A DNA stretch of 27,161 nt from a virus (IMGVR_UViG_3300017730_000062:1-27161); one strand, 5' to 3'. Shown: positions 8,633 through 17,687, numbered from the stretch's first letter. The notes: generated from the sequence alone by a model not told the origin. Translations and numbers: made by a program.

Positions 8633-9550
8633 TTAATCTGCGAAGTCGTTTATATCAACCGCAGTAAATGTTTTTTTATCTGCTTCGAGTTTATAAAAGG
8701 CTCCGTCTGCAATGTTAAAATATATTTTATTAGGTCTGTAACCTACGTTTTCTCCAATGTTATTTAGTGTCATGTTTCCACTAGCATCTACATCTACGTA
8801 TACAGAGTCAATGTAAGTTGTTTGTGAATCAAATTGTGCAGCTAAGTTTTTTGGATACATATCGTGAATAACTTTAGCTTCGTGTTCAGCTAAAGTTCTA
8901 GCTGCTAAGTTGTTTCCTTTAAAATTTTGATCTTGTAAATTTTTAGCAAATAACGTTTCTAATGTTTCATTAAATATAGCTTGATCAGTTTTTAAACTTT
9001 CTTTACTCATTAAACTTTTTCTAATTAAAACATCGTACGCTTCGTTAACATCTTTAAATGGTTGATTAGTAAAAGGATTAGTTGCACCTTTTTCTACCAT
9101 GTATGTTGCTTCTTCAAATAATTTATTTTTATCGTCTTGATTTATGCCTTTCATTAAAGCAGCAACTGTTGCTCTTTGATCTCCTTGAGCTTGCATGTCA
9201 ATAAGATTTTCTTTTTGTTTCTGTTCTTGAAATTTAGCAAATGGATCTTTAGCAGCGGCTGCTGTTGTTTGAAAAATGTTTCCTTGTGGAGGTGTAGATG
9301 CTAAATTTAAACCTAGACCAATCATAAAATCATTTGCTGCCGTGCTTGGTTGTCTAACAGGTGCTGGTGCTAGTAGATTTAAAAGATTTAAATCTTGTTG
9401 TACTTTACCTAATTTAGATAAATCATTTTGTTGTACTAAATTATTTTGATTAGTTGCATAACCTTGTCTTGGCGCTTGTAATCCAGACGTAATACCACCT
9501 GAAGCCATACCGCCTTTTCTAAACATCGGTCTTCTAAATATATTATTCAT
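8633..9550 (-). CDS. Putative internal virion/ejection protein
   Basis: Start moved to ATG 9550 (MNNIFRRPMFRKGG), 1 nt after the upstream stop. Hydrophobic 'FMIGLGLNLAS' segment followed by a helical region. Confidence 0.7.
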   Translation of the reverse strand: MNNIFRRPMFRKGGMASGGITSGLQAPRQGYATNQNNLVQQNDLSKLGKVQQDLNLLNLLAPAPVRQPSTAANDFMIGLGLNLASTPPQGNIFQTTAAAAKDPFAKFQEQKQKENLIDMQAQGDQRATVAALMKGINQDDKNKLFEEATYMVEKGATNPFTNQPFKDVNEAYDVLIRKSLMSKESLKTDQAIFNETLETLFAKNLQDQNFKGNNLAARTLAEHEAKVIHDMYPKNLAAQFDSQTTYIDSVYVDVDASGNMTLNNIGENVGYRPNKIYFNIADGAFYKLEADKKTFTAVDINDFAD

Positions 9551-9551
9551 A

Positions 9552-10367
9552 TTAACTCGTTCGTGTTCTGTAAGGTCCCATGATATTACCATAGATACCA
9601 GCTGCAGTTGAACCTATACCCAGAGCTGTCTGCAACGGATTTGGGTTTGGTACAACAGATGATTGATATTGTCCTGGTGCTCCAGATGCAATACTAGCTA
9701 TTCCTTGACCTAGATAACCTAGTCTATCGTAAGGTTCAAATGCTTCTAGTCTTTTTGCTTCTCTTAATGCATCTGCTTCAGCTTGACCTTGTGCTTGTTG
9801 GATCGCGCCCACTTGACCCAAAGTACTAATGTCGCCTTGTTGTAATGCTGGAACTAATCCTGCTAAACCTTGTTGTTGTGTAAACGCTTGGTTTGCTAAT
9901 TGATTAGCTTGTGTAAATCCTTGTTGTAATAATCCTGATTGTAGTAATGCTCTGTTTAAATCTGATTTGTTTTGATACTGTGATCTCATAACACCTTCTC
10001 TACCGCCACCTAAGTTTCCAGACTTAGCTGCCATATCAGCTATACTTTGTATACCTTGAGCTGCTTGTGTATCGTATTCAGCAAGTGTTGTATCAATTAC
10101 ATCTTGTTGATAAGGAGACATAAAATTTTGATAACCAGTTGGTCCTGAGTATGCTCCTGCTTGTGTAATATAAGGAGCATAGGCTCCAACACCAGATCCA
10201 GCTAATGTAGCTGCTTGTGTTTGTAGTGTATCTTGACCTGCAACTGTTGGTGCAAATCTAGATGTATCTAATGGTGACGCTGTTAACGCCGTTAATTGTG
10301 TTCCATAATCTTTTTGTAGATCTTCTACATATTGTGGTGGAAGTGCTTGTGTTTGTTGTACAGCCAT
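9552..10367 (-). CDS. Q/A/G-rich internal virion (pilot/ejection) protein
   Basis: 271 aa, Gln-rich, with 'FMSPYQQDVID', 'GNLGGGREGV' and a C-terminal glycine-zipper 'TALGIGSTAAGIYG'; typical of podovirus ejection proteins. Confidence 0.7.
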   Translation of the reverse strand: MAVQQTQALPPQYVEDLQKDYGTQLTALTASPLDTSRFAPTVAGQDTLQTQAATLAGSGVGAYAPYITQAGAYSGPTGYQNFMSPYQQDVIDTTLAEYDTQAAQGIQSIADMAAKSGNLGGGREGVMRSQYQNKSDLNRALLQSGLLQQGFTQANQLANQAFTQQQGLAGLVPALQQGDISTLGQVGAIQQAQGQAEADALREAKRLEAFEPYDRLGYLGQGIASIASGAPGQYQSSVVPNPNPLQTALGIGSTAAGIYGNIMGPYRTRTS

Positions 10368-12229
10368 TATCCTACTACCTCGCTTAATCTTTCCGATGTT
10401 GCAAACATATCTCTAGCTCCCTGCATACCTTGGGATTCTTGTGATACTTGCCCACCTTGTTCTAAATGTTTCATCATGTTTTCCATGACTTCTGCTCCTC
10501 TATCAATATCTCCGCCACCTGCGTTTCTAACAGCATCTGCAGTAAATACAAACTCATTTACACTTAATCTTGCAGGCACGTCATCTGCTTTTTCTTCTCT
10601 TCCTATTGGCACAAAGCCACCTTCAGCTCTATAATCTTTTTCTAAACCTCCAAGGTCCATGATTCCACCTTCTGCTCTACCTATTCTACCACCGTAAGCC
10701 TTTGGTTTTCCATATTGTTCATAAAAATCTACTTCTGATATTGTAGATATAGTTCCTGTTTCTGGATTCATAATTACAAAAAAAGCTTCATTTCTTCTAC
10801 CGCTGTCTTCTTTAGAATAATAATTTTTAATAATTGGTTGATTACTTTTGTTAATCATGTCGTCCGTAAATAATTTTATGCCTTGACCTGCATCAATAAT
10901 AATAGGTTCTTGTTTTCCTGGGTCTACCATTATATCTCCTCCGTATTCTTTCATGGGTGAAAGACCTTGTTTAAATCCTATTCTACCACCCATAGCCATG
11001 TTAGCTACATCTTTAGATGCTTGTGTTCCTAAGAAAGGATATTTAGTTCTTAACGCTGCTAGTTTTTTACCACTAGGATCTTTCATAGCTTCAATAACTT
11101 CTGTTCTAATACTTAATATACCACTTGGTATTTCATTATCTAAACCTGAACCTCTTTCTACATCTGTTAAAACATCATCTACACTTGTAGCTGCTGTGTA
11201 AGCACCGGCTGCTGCTGATAAACCAAGAATACCTAACAATGCTCTAGTATTCATACCTGATCTTTCAGTTAAATCTTTTAAATTTGTAGGTGTTGATTTT
11301 GTTATAGTTTCTTGAATTTCGCCTAAGTTTTTTAATTTTCCTGCTTCTCTTGCATTACTATCAGTTATTCTTGATCCTATAATGTCTTCAGCATTAACTG
11401 GTCCTGTTGGTTTTTTAGGAAAAAATCTTTCTGATAAATTAGTAATATTATAATCTCCACCAAATGGTTGAGTATTAAACATTGATGTTCCTTTTCCCAT
11501 TTCATTAATTCCAAACTTACTAACTCCAGGAGACAATGCACCTATTCCATAAGTCATAGCTCCTGATTTAAGAGCGTCTCCAAATTTTCCTGTTCTATCA
11601 AATTTTCCTAAACCTCCAGCTAAAGCTGCAGGTAATGCAAATTGTGGTGCTACTGCTGCAACAACTGGTGCAGCAACTTCAGCAACTTTTGCTAATTCAT
11701 TTGGTATTAATTTTCTTATAAAACTTCCTATACCATATTGTTTTCTTCCGTCTCTTCCCATGATCCCACCATACGCTGCTTTTGTACGCATTTGATCAGT
11801 AGCTCTTTTTAATTCATCTATACTAATTGGATCACGCTTAAATTTTTCTCTAAACGCTTCTAATAATTCTTGTAACATTTCTATCTCTATATCAGGTGTG
11901 TCTGTACCAGCCATCTTTACGTTAGGTAAAATTGGTCCTTCTGGTTTAGGACCAAAGGGATTAACTGGATCTTCTGGACTTGGGAATATAGGACCTTTAG
12001 CTTGATCACTCATAACCATTCTTCTAAATTCTTCAAAAGACATTGGTGTTGCATCTGGTCTTTGTTCTAATAAATCATAAATATATTTTTCATATTCTTC
12101 TTCTAAAAGAGCATCCACCATCATCTTTTGATTTTGTTCTGGTGATTTAGGGCCTTCATTACCTCTATATTTAATAGATGGTGCGCCTGCTTCTAATTCT
12201 TCTGAAATTGATATATCTGTTATTGCCAT
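10367..12229 (-). CDS. Internal virion protein with repeated AxGG motifs and a tape-measure-like C-terminal motif
   Basis: 620 aa; hydrophobic segments 'AAPVVAAVAPQFALPAALAGGLG' and 'ALLGILGLSAAAGAY'; repeats AYGG/AMGG/AEGG; C-terminal 'RAEGGFV...DDVPARLSVNEFVFTADAVR'. Confidence 0.7.
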   Translation of the reverse strand: MAITDISISEELEAGAPSIKYRGNEGPKSPEQNQKMMVDALLEEEYEKYIYDLLEQRPDATPMSFEEFRRMVMSDQAKGPIFPSPEDPVNPFGPKPEGPILPNVKMAGTDTPDIEIEMLQELLEAFREKFKRDPISIDELKRATDQMRTKAAYGGIMGRDGRKQYGIGSFIRKLIPNELAKVAEVAAPVVAAVAPQFALPAALAGGLGKFDRTGKFGDALKSGAMTYGIGALSPGVSKFGINEMGKGTSMFNTQPFGGDYNITNLSERFFPKKPTGPVNAEDIIGSRITDSNAREAGKLKNLGEIQETITKSTPTNLKDLTERSGMNTRALLGILGLSAAAGAYTAATSVDDVLTDVERGSGLDNEIPSGILSIRTEVIEAMKDPSGKKLAALRTKYPFLGTQASKDVANMAMGGRIGFKQGLSPMKEYGGDIMVDPGKQEPIIIDAGQGIKLFTDDMINKSNQPIIKNYYSKEDSGRRNEAFFVIMNPETGTISTISEVDFYEQYGKPKAYGGRIGRAEGGIMDLGGLEKDYRAEGGFVPIGREEKADDVPARLSVNEFVFTADAVRNAGGGDIDRGAEVMENMMKHLEQGGQVSQESQGMQGARDMFATSERLSEVVG

Positions 12230-12241
12230 GGTTTTGCCACT

Positions 12242-12421
12242 TTACTTTGTTTTTCCTATTAAATCAAGAGGTGGCATGATAACTGTTACATCTCTTTGCA
12301 CATCTTCTTCAGGAATATTAGCAGATTTTAGAGCTTCTTCTGTCTCGTATATCTCTCCTGTTTTCTTATTTTTAATAGTAGTTATTATTTTTTCTGGTGT
12401 TATTGTTGGTATATTTTCCAT
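12242..12421 (-). CDS. 59-aa hypothetical phage protein; not in ORF track
   Basis: Manual translation: MENIPTITPEKIITTIKNKKTGEIYETEEALKSANIPEEDVQRDVTVIMPPLDLIGKTK*. TAATG overlap with 12421..12756 and GAGG RBS; fills the operon gap. Confidence 0.85.
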   Translation of the reverse strand: MENIPTITPEKIITTIKNKKTGEIYETEEALKSANIPEEDVQRDVTVIMPPLDLIGKTK

Positions 12422-12756
12422 TACGCTGTTACCTCTTTCTTAATATTTAGATAGCTTACGCCAAATGTAAAGGCATCTGCGCTACCTGCTTTAATTGTAA
12501 GGGTTGTACCACCCTCAACTATCAACGGTTGTGTTAATAATTCTTTGCTTTCATTAGCTGTTAATGCTGCTGCCTGTATAACAACAATACCATTATTTGT
12601 AACGGTAGGTGTAGGAGTTCCTGCAGATTTAACTATAATAGATTTAATAACATATGTTTCACTTACTAAAGGATTACCAGATCCAAACGGATTTTTTTCT
12701 GTGTTATCTGTATTAGCATTTAATCCTACAAATTTATATTGGTTTACTACTGCCAT
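12421..12756 (-). CDS. Small beta-rich putative virion/tail protein
   Basis: 111 aa with a beta-sandwich-like pattern ('ELLTQPLIVEGGTTLTI'); translationally coupled on both sides. Confidence 0.7.
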   Translation of the reverse strand: MAVVNQYKFVGLNANTDNTEKNPFGSGNPLVSETYVIKSIIVKSAGTPTPTVTNNGIVVIQAAALTANESKELLTQPLIVEGGTTLTIKAGSADAFTFGVSYLNIKKEVTA

Positions 12757-12920
12757 TAATCTAAAAAGAAACTTCTAGCTTCTATCTCCTGTTTTAATTC
12801 TTCTTGAAACGTACTATTTAATTTTTCTAATACAGCATCTAAATCTCTTACTAAAGATTGTGCTACATCTCTTTCGTATTCGTCACTAGCTCTAGTTAAT
12901 GTTTGTACTATTTTTGCCAT
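12756..12920 (-). CDS. 54-aa helical putative tail protein; not in ORF track
   Basis: Manual translation: MAKIVQTLTRASDEYERDVAQSLVRDLDAVLEKLNSTFQEELKQEIEARSFFLD*. TAATG overlaps at both ends; AGGAG upstream. Confidence 0.85.
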   Translation of the reverse strand: MAKIVQTLTRASDEYERDVAQSLVRDLDAVLEKLNSTFQEELKQEIEARSFFLD

Positions 12921-13642
12921 TACATATCTCCTACATTAACAATATTATTGTATGTTTGTGATCTATCAGACATTAACTTACTAAATTCTTCAAATGATAA
13001 TGGAGATCCCATAGGAGCATCTAGTAAATAATTATTATATGCTGCTTTAAGCATAGTGCTTAAGTTTGAAGGATCACCTTCTGTAAAACTTGTTAAAGAT
13101 ATTTTTTCATCTTCAAAATCTTCAGGCATTTGACCACCTAAAGTTAATTGATTAAATTGAGACATGTCATCATAAAATTTATTTCTAAATAATCCCTGGC
13201 CTTTTTCATACATACTACCAATAGCACCACCTACAAATGGTATACCAGTTAATAAACTTGCAAGACCACCTAATATTCTTCCACCATAGCCTGGTTTAAG
13301 ATCACCAAAATTGGATTTAGTAGGATCTACATATTGGTTCGTGTAACCATATTTATTAGCACCACCAAATAAAGAACTTGCTCCAGTATATTTTTGTGTA
13401 GGACCAAATCTTGTTTCGCCTACAAAATCTTCTTTTTCTCTAGGGTCTGATAATGTTCCTCTAACAACGTCTGTAAAACCACCAGTGCCTCCTACACGAG
13501 ATGGACTTGTGTTTGCAAATCCTGCGTCTGATCCTCCGCCTGAATAACCACCAGTATTTACAGATCTATCATTTGGTCCACCCATAGTGTCACCACCATG
13601 TCTAAACATTTGTCTAGCTTGTTGTAAATTTGTAATAGCCAT
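12920..13642 (-). CDS. Gly-rich low-complexity putative internal virion protein
   Basis: 240 aa; N-terminal 'RQMFRHGG', hydrophobic 'ILGGLASLLTGIPFVGGAIG', and C-terminal 'PLSFEEF...MSD' shared with the 620-aa protein. Confidence 0.65.
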   Translation of the reverse strand: MAITNLQQARQMFRHGGDTMGGPNDRSVNTGGYSGGGSDAGFANTSPSRVGGTGGFTDVVRGTLSDPREKEDFVGETRFGPTQKYTGASSLFGGANKYGYTNQYVDPTKSNFGDLKPGYGGRILGGLASLLTGIPFVGGAIGSMYEKGQGLFRNKFYDDMSQFNQLTLGGQMPEDFEDEKISLTSFTEGDPSNLSTMLKAAYNNYLLDAPMGSPLSFEEFSKLMSDRSQTYNNIVNVGDM

Positions 13643-15864
13643 TATCGTCTTCCTCCAGCATGTATATCTAACCTAAAAGTACCTAACTTCCAACTAGTAT
13701 CTACTGCAGTATTAGATATCGTAAGAGCAATAGACCTAGCTCTTGCACGTGTGTCTACTTTTGTTGTAGCAGATGTAATTGTAAAAGGCCCTAATGATGA
13801 ACTTGCTGATGCATTATTAGGATAATTTCTTAAATCTAATTGTATAATTGTATTACCTTGTTGTGCAATAAAATCAGGTACAATTCTGCTAACTCTCATA
13901 ATATTTTCACCGTCTCCTCTAAGGTCAGCTAAATTAGTAGCAGCTCCTCTAATAACTTTTTGTGTTATATCATAATCTCCAGAAGTAATATTAGCTGGTA
14001 TTGCAGTTGTAACTGCTCCTGATTCTACTTGATTAACTCCTGTTTCGTGTTCAAAATATATTGTAGTTCCATCAGTGTTACCTTCTACATCAAAAGAGTT
14101 ATCATCACCTGCATCGTATTTAGTTCCATGTGGTAAACCAAATACCGCTGAGTCTTCCCATGTACTTCTTATAAAAAGAGTACTATCATTTGTAAACCAT
14201 ATTGGTCGTTTAGCTGTTGAATCTAAATAACTATAAGTAACAGCTCTGTTATTAACATTAGATGTAGACGTTGGATAAAACCAAGTTATTTCTCCAAACA
14301 AGTTATTAATGCCTGCATAAATTAATTGACTAGATGTTGTGTTAAGATCATCGTAAACATAATCTTCTACTAAACAATCCATAGATTCTAGTTTACCTGT
14401 ATATCTAAAGAAACCATTTTCTGACATCCAATATGCAGCACCATCAACTTCTACAGCTGCGTTCATTCCTATCAATCCACAGTTAGTTCCTACTTGTTCA
14501 AAAGCAAATGTAAAAGGCTGACAAACAAAACGCATAGTAAATAAAGATGTGTCAGACCAAATGTATATAGCATTTCTACCAAGTTTAGCTCCCATGATCC
14601 GTGATCCGGCGGCCAGTCTTTGTGTACCAGCAGTATTAGTTGCTGTTGGTATATATGTATTAATATCTTCTTGGTCCGAGAATCTTATAAACATATCATC
14701 TTGTGTAGCTTTATTACCAATTGTTGTTTCTGTTCCAAAAAATACTAAGTGACGATCGGGAGTAGATACTAACATATCTCTAGATGCTGTTGGTGCACCT
14801 GTTATAATTTGAGCTCTTTGTGAAGTAGCATTAGATGCATCACCGTCCCATGAAAAACATTCTCCGTTATGTATTAAAGCAATAAGAGTTGTACCTAAAT
14901 TATCTAACGACCATAAACCAGGATCTGTAACTGAATCAGTATTTGCTGCCGGTGAGCCCCAACCAGTCCATGCCGTCGTATTAGTAACTGTAGCACCATT
15001 TAAGTGAGTAGTAGCTGTTGTACCTCTTGCTCCTCTTCCAATACCGGTTAATTTAGTACCGGTAATTCCTGTGTAAGATATTTCTTCACTGCCTATTTGT
15101 ACATGGTTAGTACCTGATGTAGGAAAACCAGTCACTGATGTTAGTGTAATTTCTGTAGAAGAACTATTATTTCCTCCAGTGGTTCCTGTTATAGCTCCAT
15201 CTAAGGTACTGGTTGCAGTTCCTAAAACACTACCACCCCATAAAGCAATACCCCAACCATAAGCTCCAACTTGTTCTGCTGGTCCTACATGATAGTATTG
15301 ATAAAAAGTAATTCCTCCAGAAAGAGTTGCACCACTGTCTGTTTCGTTTGATGGCATTGTAATTGTTATTTCTGTAGCAGAAACAACACTAGTCACCATA
15401 AATTTTTTATCTGCAAAATCAGATGCACCAAAATTAGAATTAGTTATAGTTGAAAAAGAAGCCTCATTACCAAATAAAATTATATCTCCTACTTGAAAAG
15501 TATGAGTTCCTGAAAATGTAATAGAAACAGTTGGTGATCCATTAGTGGTACTAAAACAATTTGTGATAGCCGTACCAGATGGATTTACTAAAGGATGAAT
15601 GTCATAAAATACACCACCTGAATATACATATAAAATTCTGTTAGTTCCTATCGCTGCAAATTTTGTAGAGGCTGAGTTAACAAAATGATGTAGACCTCTT
15701 GCTGAACCTGTTAGTTTGTTGACACCTAGCTGATTCCAACCACCTATTTTTTCAGGTGTACCATATCTAAAACGCACATTCTGACCACCAGTCCATTGAG
15801 ACTCAGCACCAGTAGATGTGACTTGTTTATTGAATCCAGGTAAAAAACCTAATTTTTGTAACAT
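13642..15864 (-). CDS. Tail hub/nozzle (P22 gp10-like DNA stabilization protein) with inserted beta domains
   Basis: 740 aa; N-terminal 'NVRFRYGTPEKIGGW', propeller-like motifs 'FIRFSDQED', 'AYWMSENGFFRYTG', 'FGEITWFYP' and C-terminal 'RARARSIAL...WKLG'; located before the internal proteins. Recognised from recalled family features. Confidence 0.75.
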   Translation of the reverse strand: MLQKLGFLPGFNKQVTSTGAESQWTGGQNVRFRYGTPEKIGGWNQLGVNKLTGSARGLHHFVNSASTKFAAIGTNRILYVYSGGVFYDIHPLVNPSGTAITNCFSTTNGSPTVSITFSGTHTFQVGDIILFGNEASFSTITNSNFGASDFADKKFMVTSVVSATEITITMPSNETDSGATLSGGITFYQYYHVGPAEQVGAYGWGIALWGGSVLGTATSTLDGAITGTTGGNNSSSTEITLTSVTGFPTSGTNHVQIGSEEISYTGITGTKLTGIGRGARGTTATTHLNGATVTNTTAWTGWGSPAANTDSVTDPGLWSLDNLGTTLIALIHNGECFSWDGDASNATSQRAQIITGAPTASRDMLVSTPDRHLVFFGTETTIGNKATQDDMFIRFSDQEDINTYIPTATNTAGTQRLAAGSRIMGAKLGRNAIYIWSDTSLFTMRFVCQPFTFAFEQVGTNCGLIGMNAAVEVDGAAYWMSENGFFRYTGKLESMDCLVEDYVYDDLNTTSSQLIYAGINNLFGEITWFYPTSTSNVNNRAVTYSYLDSTAKRPIWFTNDSTLFIRSTWEDSAVFGLPHGTKYDAGDDNSFDVEGNTDGTTIYFEHETGVNQVESGAVTTAIPANITSGDYDITQKVIRGAATNLADLRGDGENIMRVSRIVPDFIAQQGNTIIQLDLRNYPNNASASSSLGPFTITSATTKVDTRARARSIALTISNTAVDTSWKLGTFRLDIHAGGRR

Positions 15865-15881
15865 ATGACTCCATTATAATA

Positions 15882-16520
15882 CTATTTAGAAAAGCCTGGT
15901 AGACCTAACATAGGTCTTCCATCAAATCTATTTTTATCAGCAAATGGGCCATTTACATGATTATAATGTAAGAATACTTGACCGCAAATGTCGCCCTCAA
16001 ATGGCTCTCGCCAATGTTCGAACTCACAGCCACTATATACTAGCATATCTCCTACTTCAAGCAATACCTTTTCACCCTTTGGAGGATTAGGTTTTACTAT
16101 ATTATTTTCTACATCTATAACAGTGTCAGCACCCGTGCCATCAATGTATAGAGGCCAAGGATCACCACCTAAATTTAAAGTTGTAGATATTTCACAACTA
16201 GGTCTATCTTTGTGTCTTACTAAAACATCACCTTTTTTATAAGCTCTTGCGTATGAATACGTAGGTAATAAATCTAAATTTGTTTCTTGTTTCATTATAG
16301 GTAACATTTTAACTAATAGTGTTTCCATAACAGGATCAGCATAATGTGAATAAGTATCAGCACATTGACTATCTCCTCTGACTCCATATAAGCCAGTTTC
16401 AGCTATAATGTTATTATCGTACATGTATAAAGCAGCGTCTCTTTTTAAGAGAAAATAATTAAATATAAAATTAGCTAATTCATACGATAAAGCTTTTCTA
16501 ATTATGTGATATTTAAACAC
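15882..16520 (-). CDS. 2OG-Fe(II) oxygenase-like protein
   Basis: 'YARAYKKGDVLVRHKDRPSCEIS' (HxD), 'GDMLVYSG', 'HWRE'. Start moved to GTG 16520, which has a GGAGG RBS. Confidence 0.8.
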   Translation of the reverse strand: MFKYHIIRKALSYELANFIFNYFLLKRDAALYMYDNNIIAETGLYGVRGDSQCADTYSHYADPVMETLLVKMLPIMKQETNLDLLPTYSYARAYKKGDVLVRHKDRPSCEISTTLNLGGDPWPLYIDGTGADTVIDVENNIVKPNPPKGEKVLLEVGDMLVYSGCEFEHWREPFEGDICGQVFLHYNHVNGPFADKNRFDGRPMLGLPGFSK

Positions 16521-17097
16521 GGAAACCCTCCTGTACAAAGTTAAATGAGATTGATATTCTTGTGTCTTTAGAAGTATTAGGTTGAACTTCATGCCATAAC
16601 CAAGCAGGAAACATTATTATTCTACCAACTAAAGGTAACAAATGGCACTCGTTCCATAGATGTCTAGGTAGTTGTGTTTGTTTTTTGGCAGGCATAATCA
16701 TTTGTACTCCTGGTCTTGGATCACTGCAAACTAAATTTCCAGATTTTTCATTTCCTTTTACATAATACACACCAGACCATAAAGCATTGGGATGTATATG
16801 AGGTTTGTTATAACCACCGGTAGGATTTAAGTTAGCCCAAATATTACCTATTACAGGTTTTCTTTCTAAAAATTCTTCTTGATAAATTTCTTCTTGCATA
16901 TTGTAAAGTTCTTTAACTAATGGAGTAAATTCTGTTTGTGTGTCTTTTATATTATCAGAATGCCAACCATTTTTATTTGTTTTATTTACACCTTTATCTC
17001 TCTTACTCCAATTTATAATATAATTTGCTAGTAGATCATTATCTATTTTTATGTCTTTAGCATAAATAGTTGTTGGAAAAAATTGTTCTTTAATCAT
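16513..17097 (-). CDS. Putative 2OG-Fe(II) oxygenase, HxH type (TIGR02466-like)
   Basis: 'WANLN...PHIHPNALWSGVYYV', 'DPRP', 'IMFPAWLWHEV', 'RISISFN'. Confidence 0.88.
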   Translation of the reverse strand: MIKEQFFPTTIYAKDIKIDNDLLANYIINWSKRDKGVNKTNKNGWHSDNIKDTQTEFTPLVKELYNMQEEIYQEEFLERKPVIGNIWANLNPTGGYNKPHIHPNALWSGVYYVKGNEKSGNLVCSDPRPGVQMIMPAKKQTQLPRHLWNECHLLPLVGRIIMFPAWLWHEVQPNTSKDTRISISFNFVQEGFRV

Positions 17098-17687
17098 CTA
17101 AATGGTGTACCTCCAAACCAAACTACTAAAGATTTTCTAATTCCTTTAGTTACTGGTTTAACTCTGTGACGTAAAAAAGAAGCAAAGCAAATAGCATTTC
17201 CTTGAGTTATTGGTGCAGTCTTACCTTCATCTAATATTTCTAAATCACCTCCTTCAAATTCACTTTCATGATTTAATAAAAGAGTCATAGATATTTTTCT
17301 AACAGGTGGTTGATGATGACCAACAATATCTGTATCCATGTGCCATCCATAAAAACCACCAGTAGGATATTCTGTGTATTGTGCAGACTCTGTAATTCTA
17401 ATATCGTCAAAACCAAAATGATTACGATTAGCTTTACCTATAAAAGTATCTAATGTGTCATATAAGTGTGGAAGTTTTTTAGGTGGTATCCAAGATATGG
17501 TAGTAACTCTTTTTTCAGTGTCATAATTTTTTTCTGCATTACCCATACCAACTAATGCTTTTTCAGGTTTTAAACTTCTTCCTGCATCCATTACTATTTT
17601 ACATTGTTCTGGTGTAAGTATTGGATCAGTTGTTTTAATTACCCAAGTTTTCCATATAGGTTCTGTTATAACTTTGTTTTCGTACAT
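17094..17687 (-). CDS. 2OG-Fe(II) oxygenase (P4H/PKHD-like)
   Basis: 'QYTEY...YGWHMD', 'RKISMTLLL...FEGGDL', 'HRVKPVTKGIRKSLVVW'. Confidence 0.92.
   Translation of the reverse strand: MYENKVITEPIWKTWVIKTTDPILTPEQCKIVMDAGRSLKPEKALVGMGNAEKNYDTEKRVTTISWIPPKKLPHLYDTLDTFIGKANRNHFGFDDIRITESAQYTEYPTGGFYGWHMDTDIVGHHQPPVRKISMTLLLNHESEFEGGDLEILDEGKTAPITQGNAICFASFLRHRVKPVTKGIRKSLVVWFGGTPFR

Noticed and set aside
12756-12775. Possible -1 frameshift (TTC TTT TTA GAT TAA TG) fusing the 54-aa and 111-aa genes
   Set aside because: The heptamer is C TTT TTA, not a canonical X XXY YYZ; no stimulatory structure was seen; TAATG coupling already explains the geometry.
14515-14535. Cys in 'MRFVCQPFTF' where Gly might be expected in the hub protein
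   Set aside because: A single TGT/GGT difference based on my recollection of homologs; it could be a variant or a sequencing error.
15865-15905. TATAAT just upstream of the tail-hub gene on the minus strand
   Set aside because: No recognisable -35 at 16-18 nt, and the hexamer directly abuts the GGAG RBS, which a transcript from it would lose; not supportable as a promoter.
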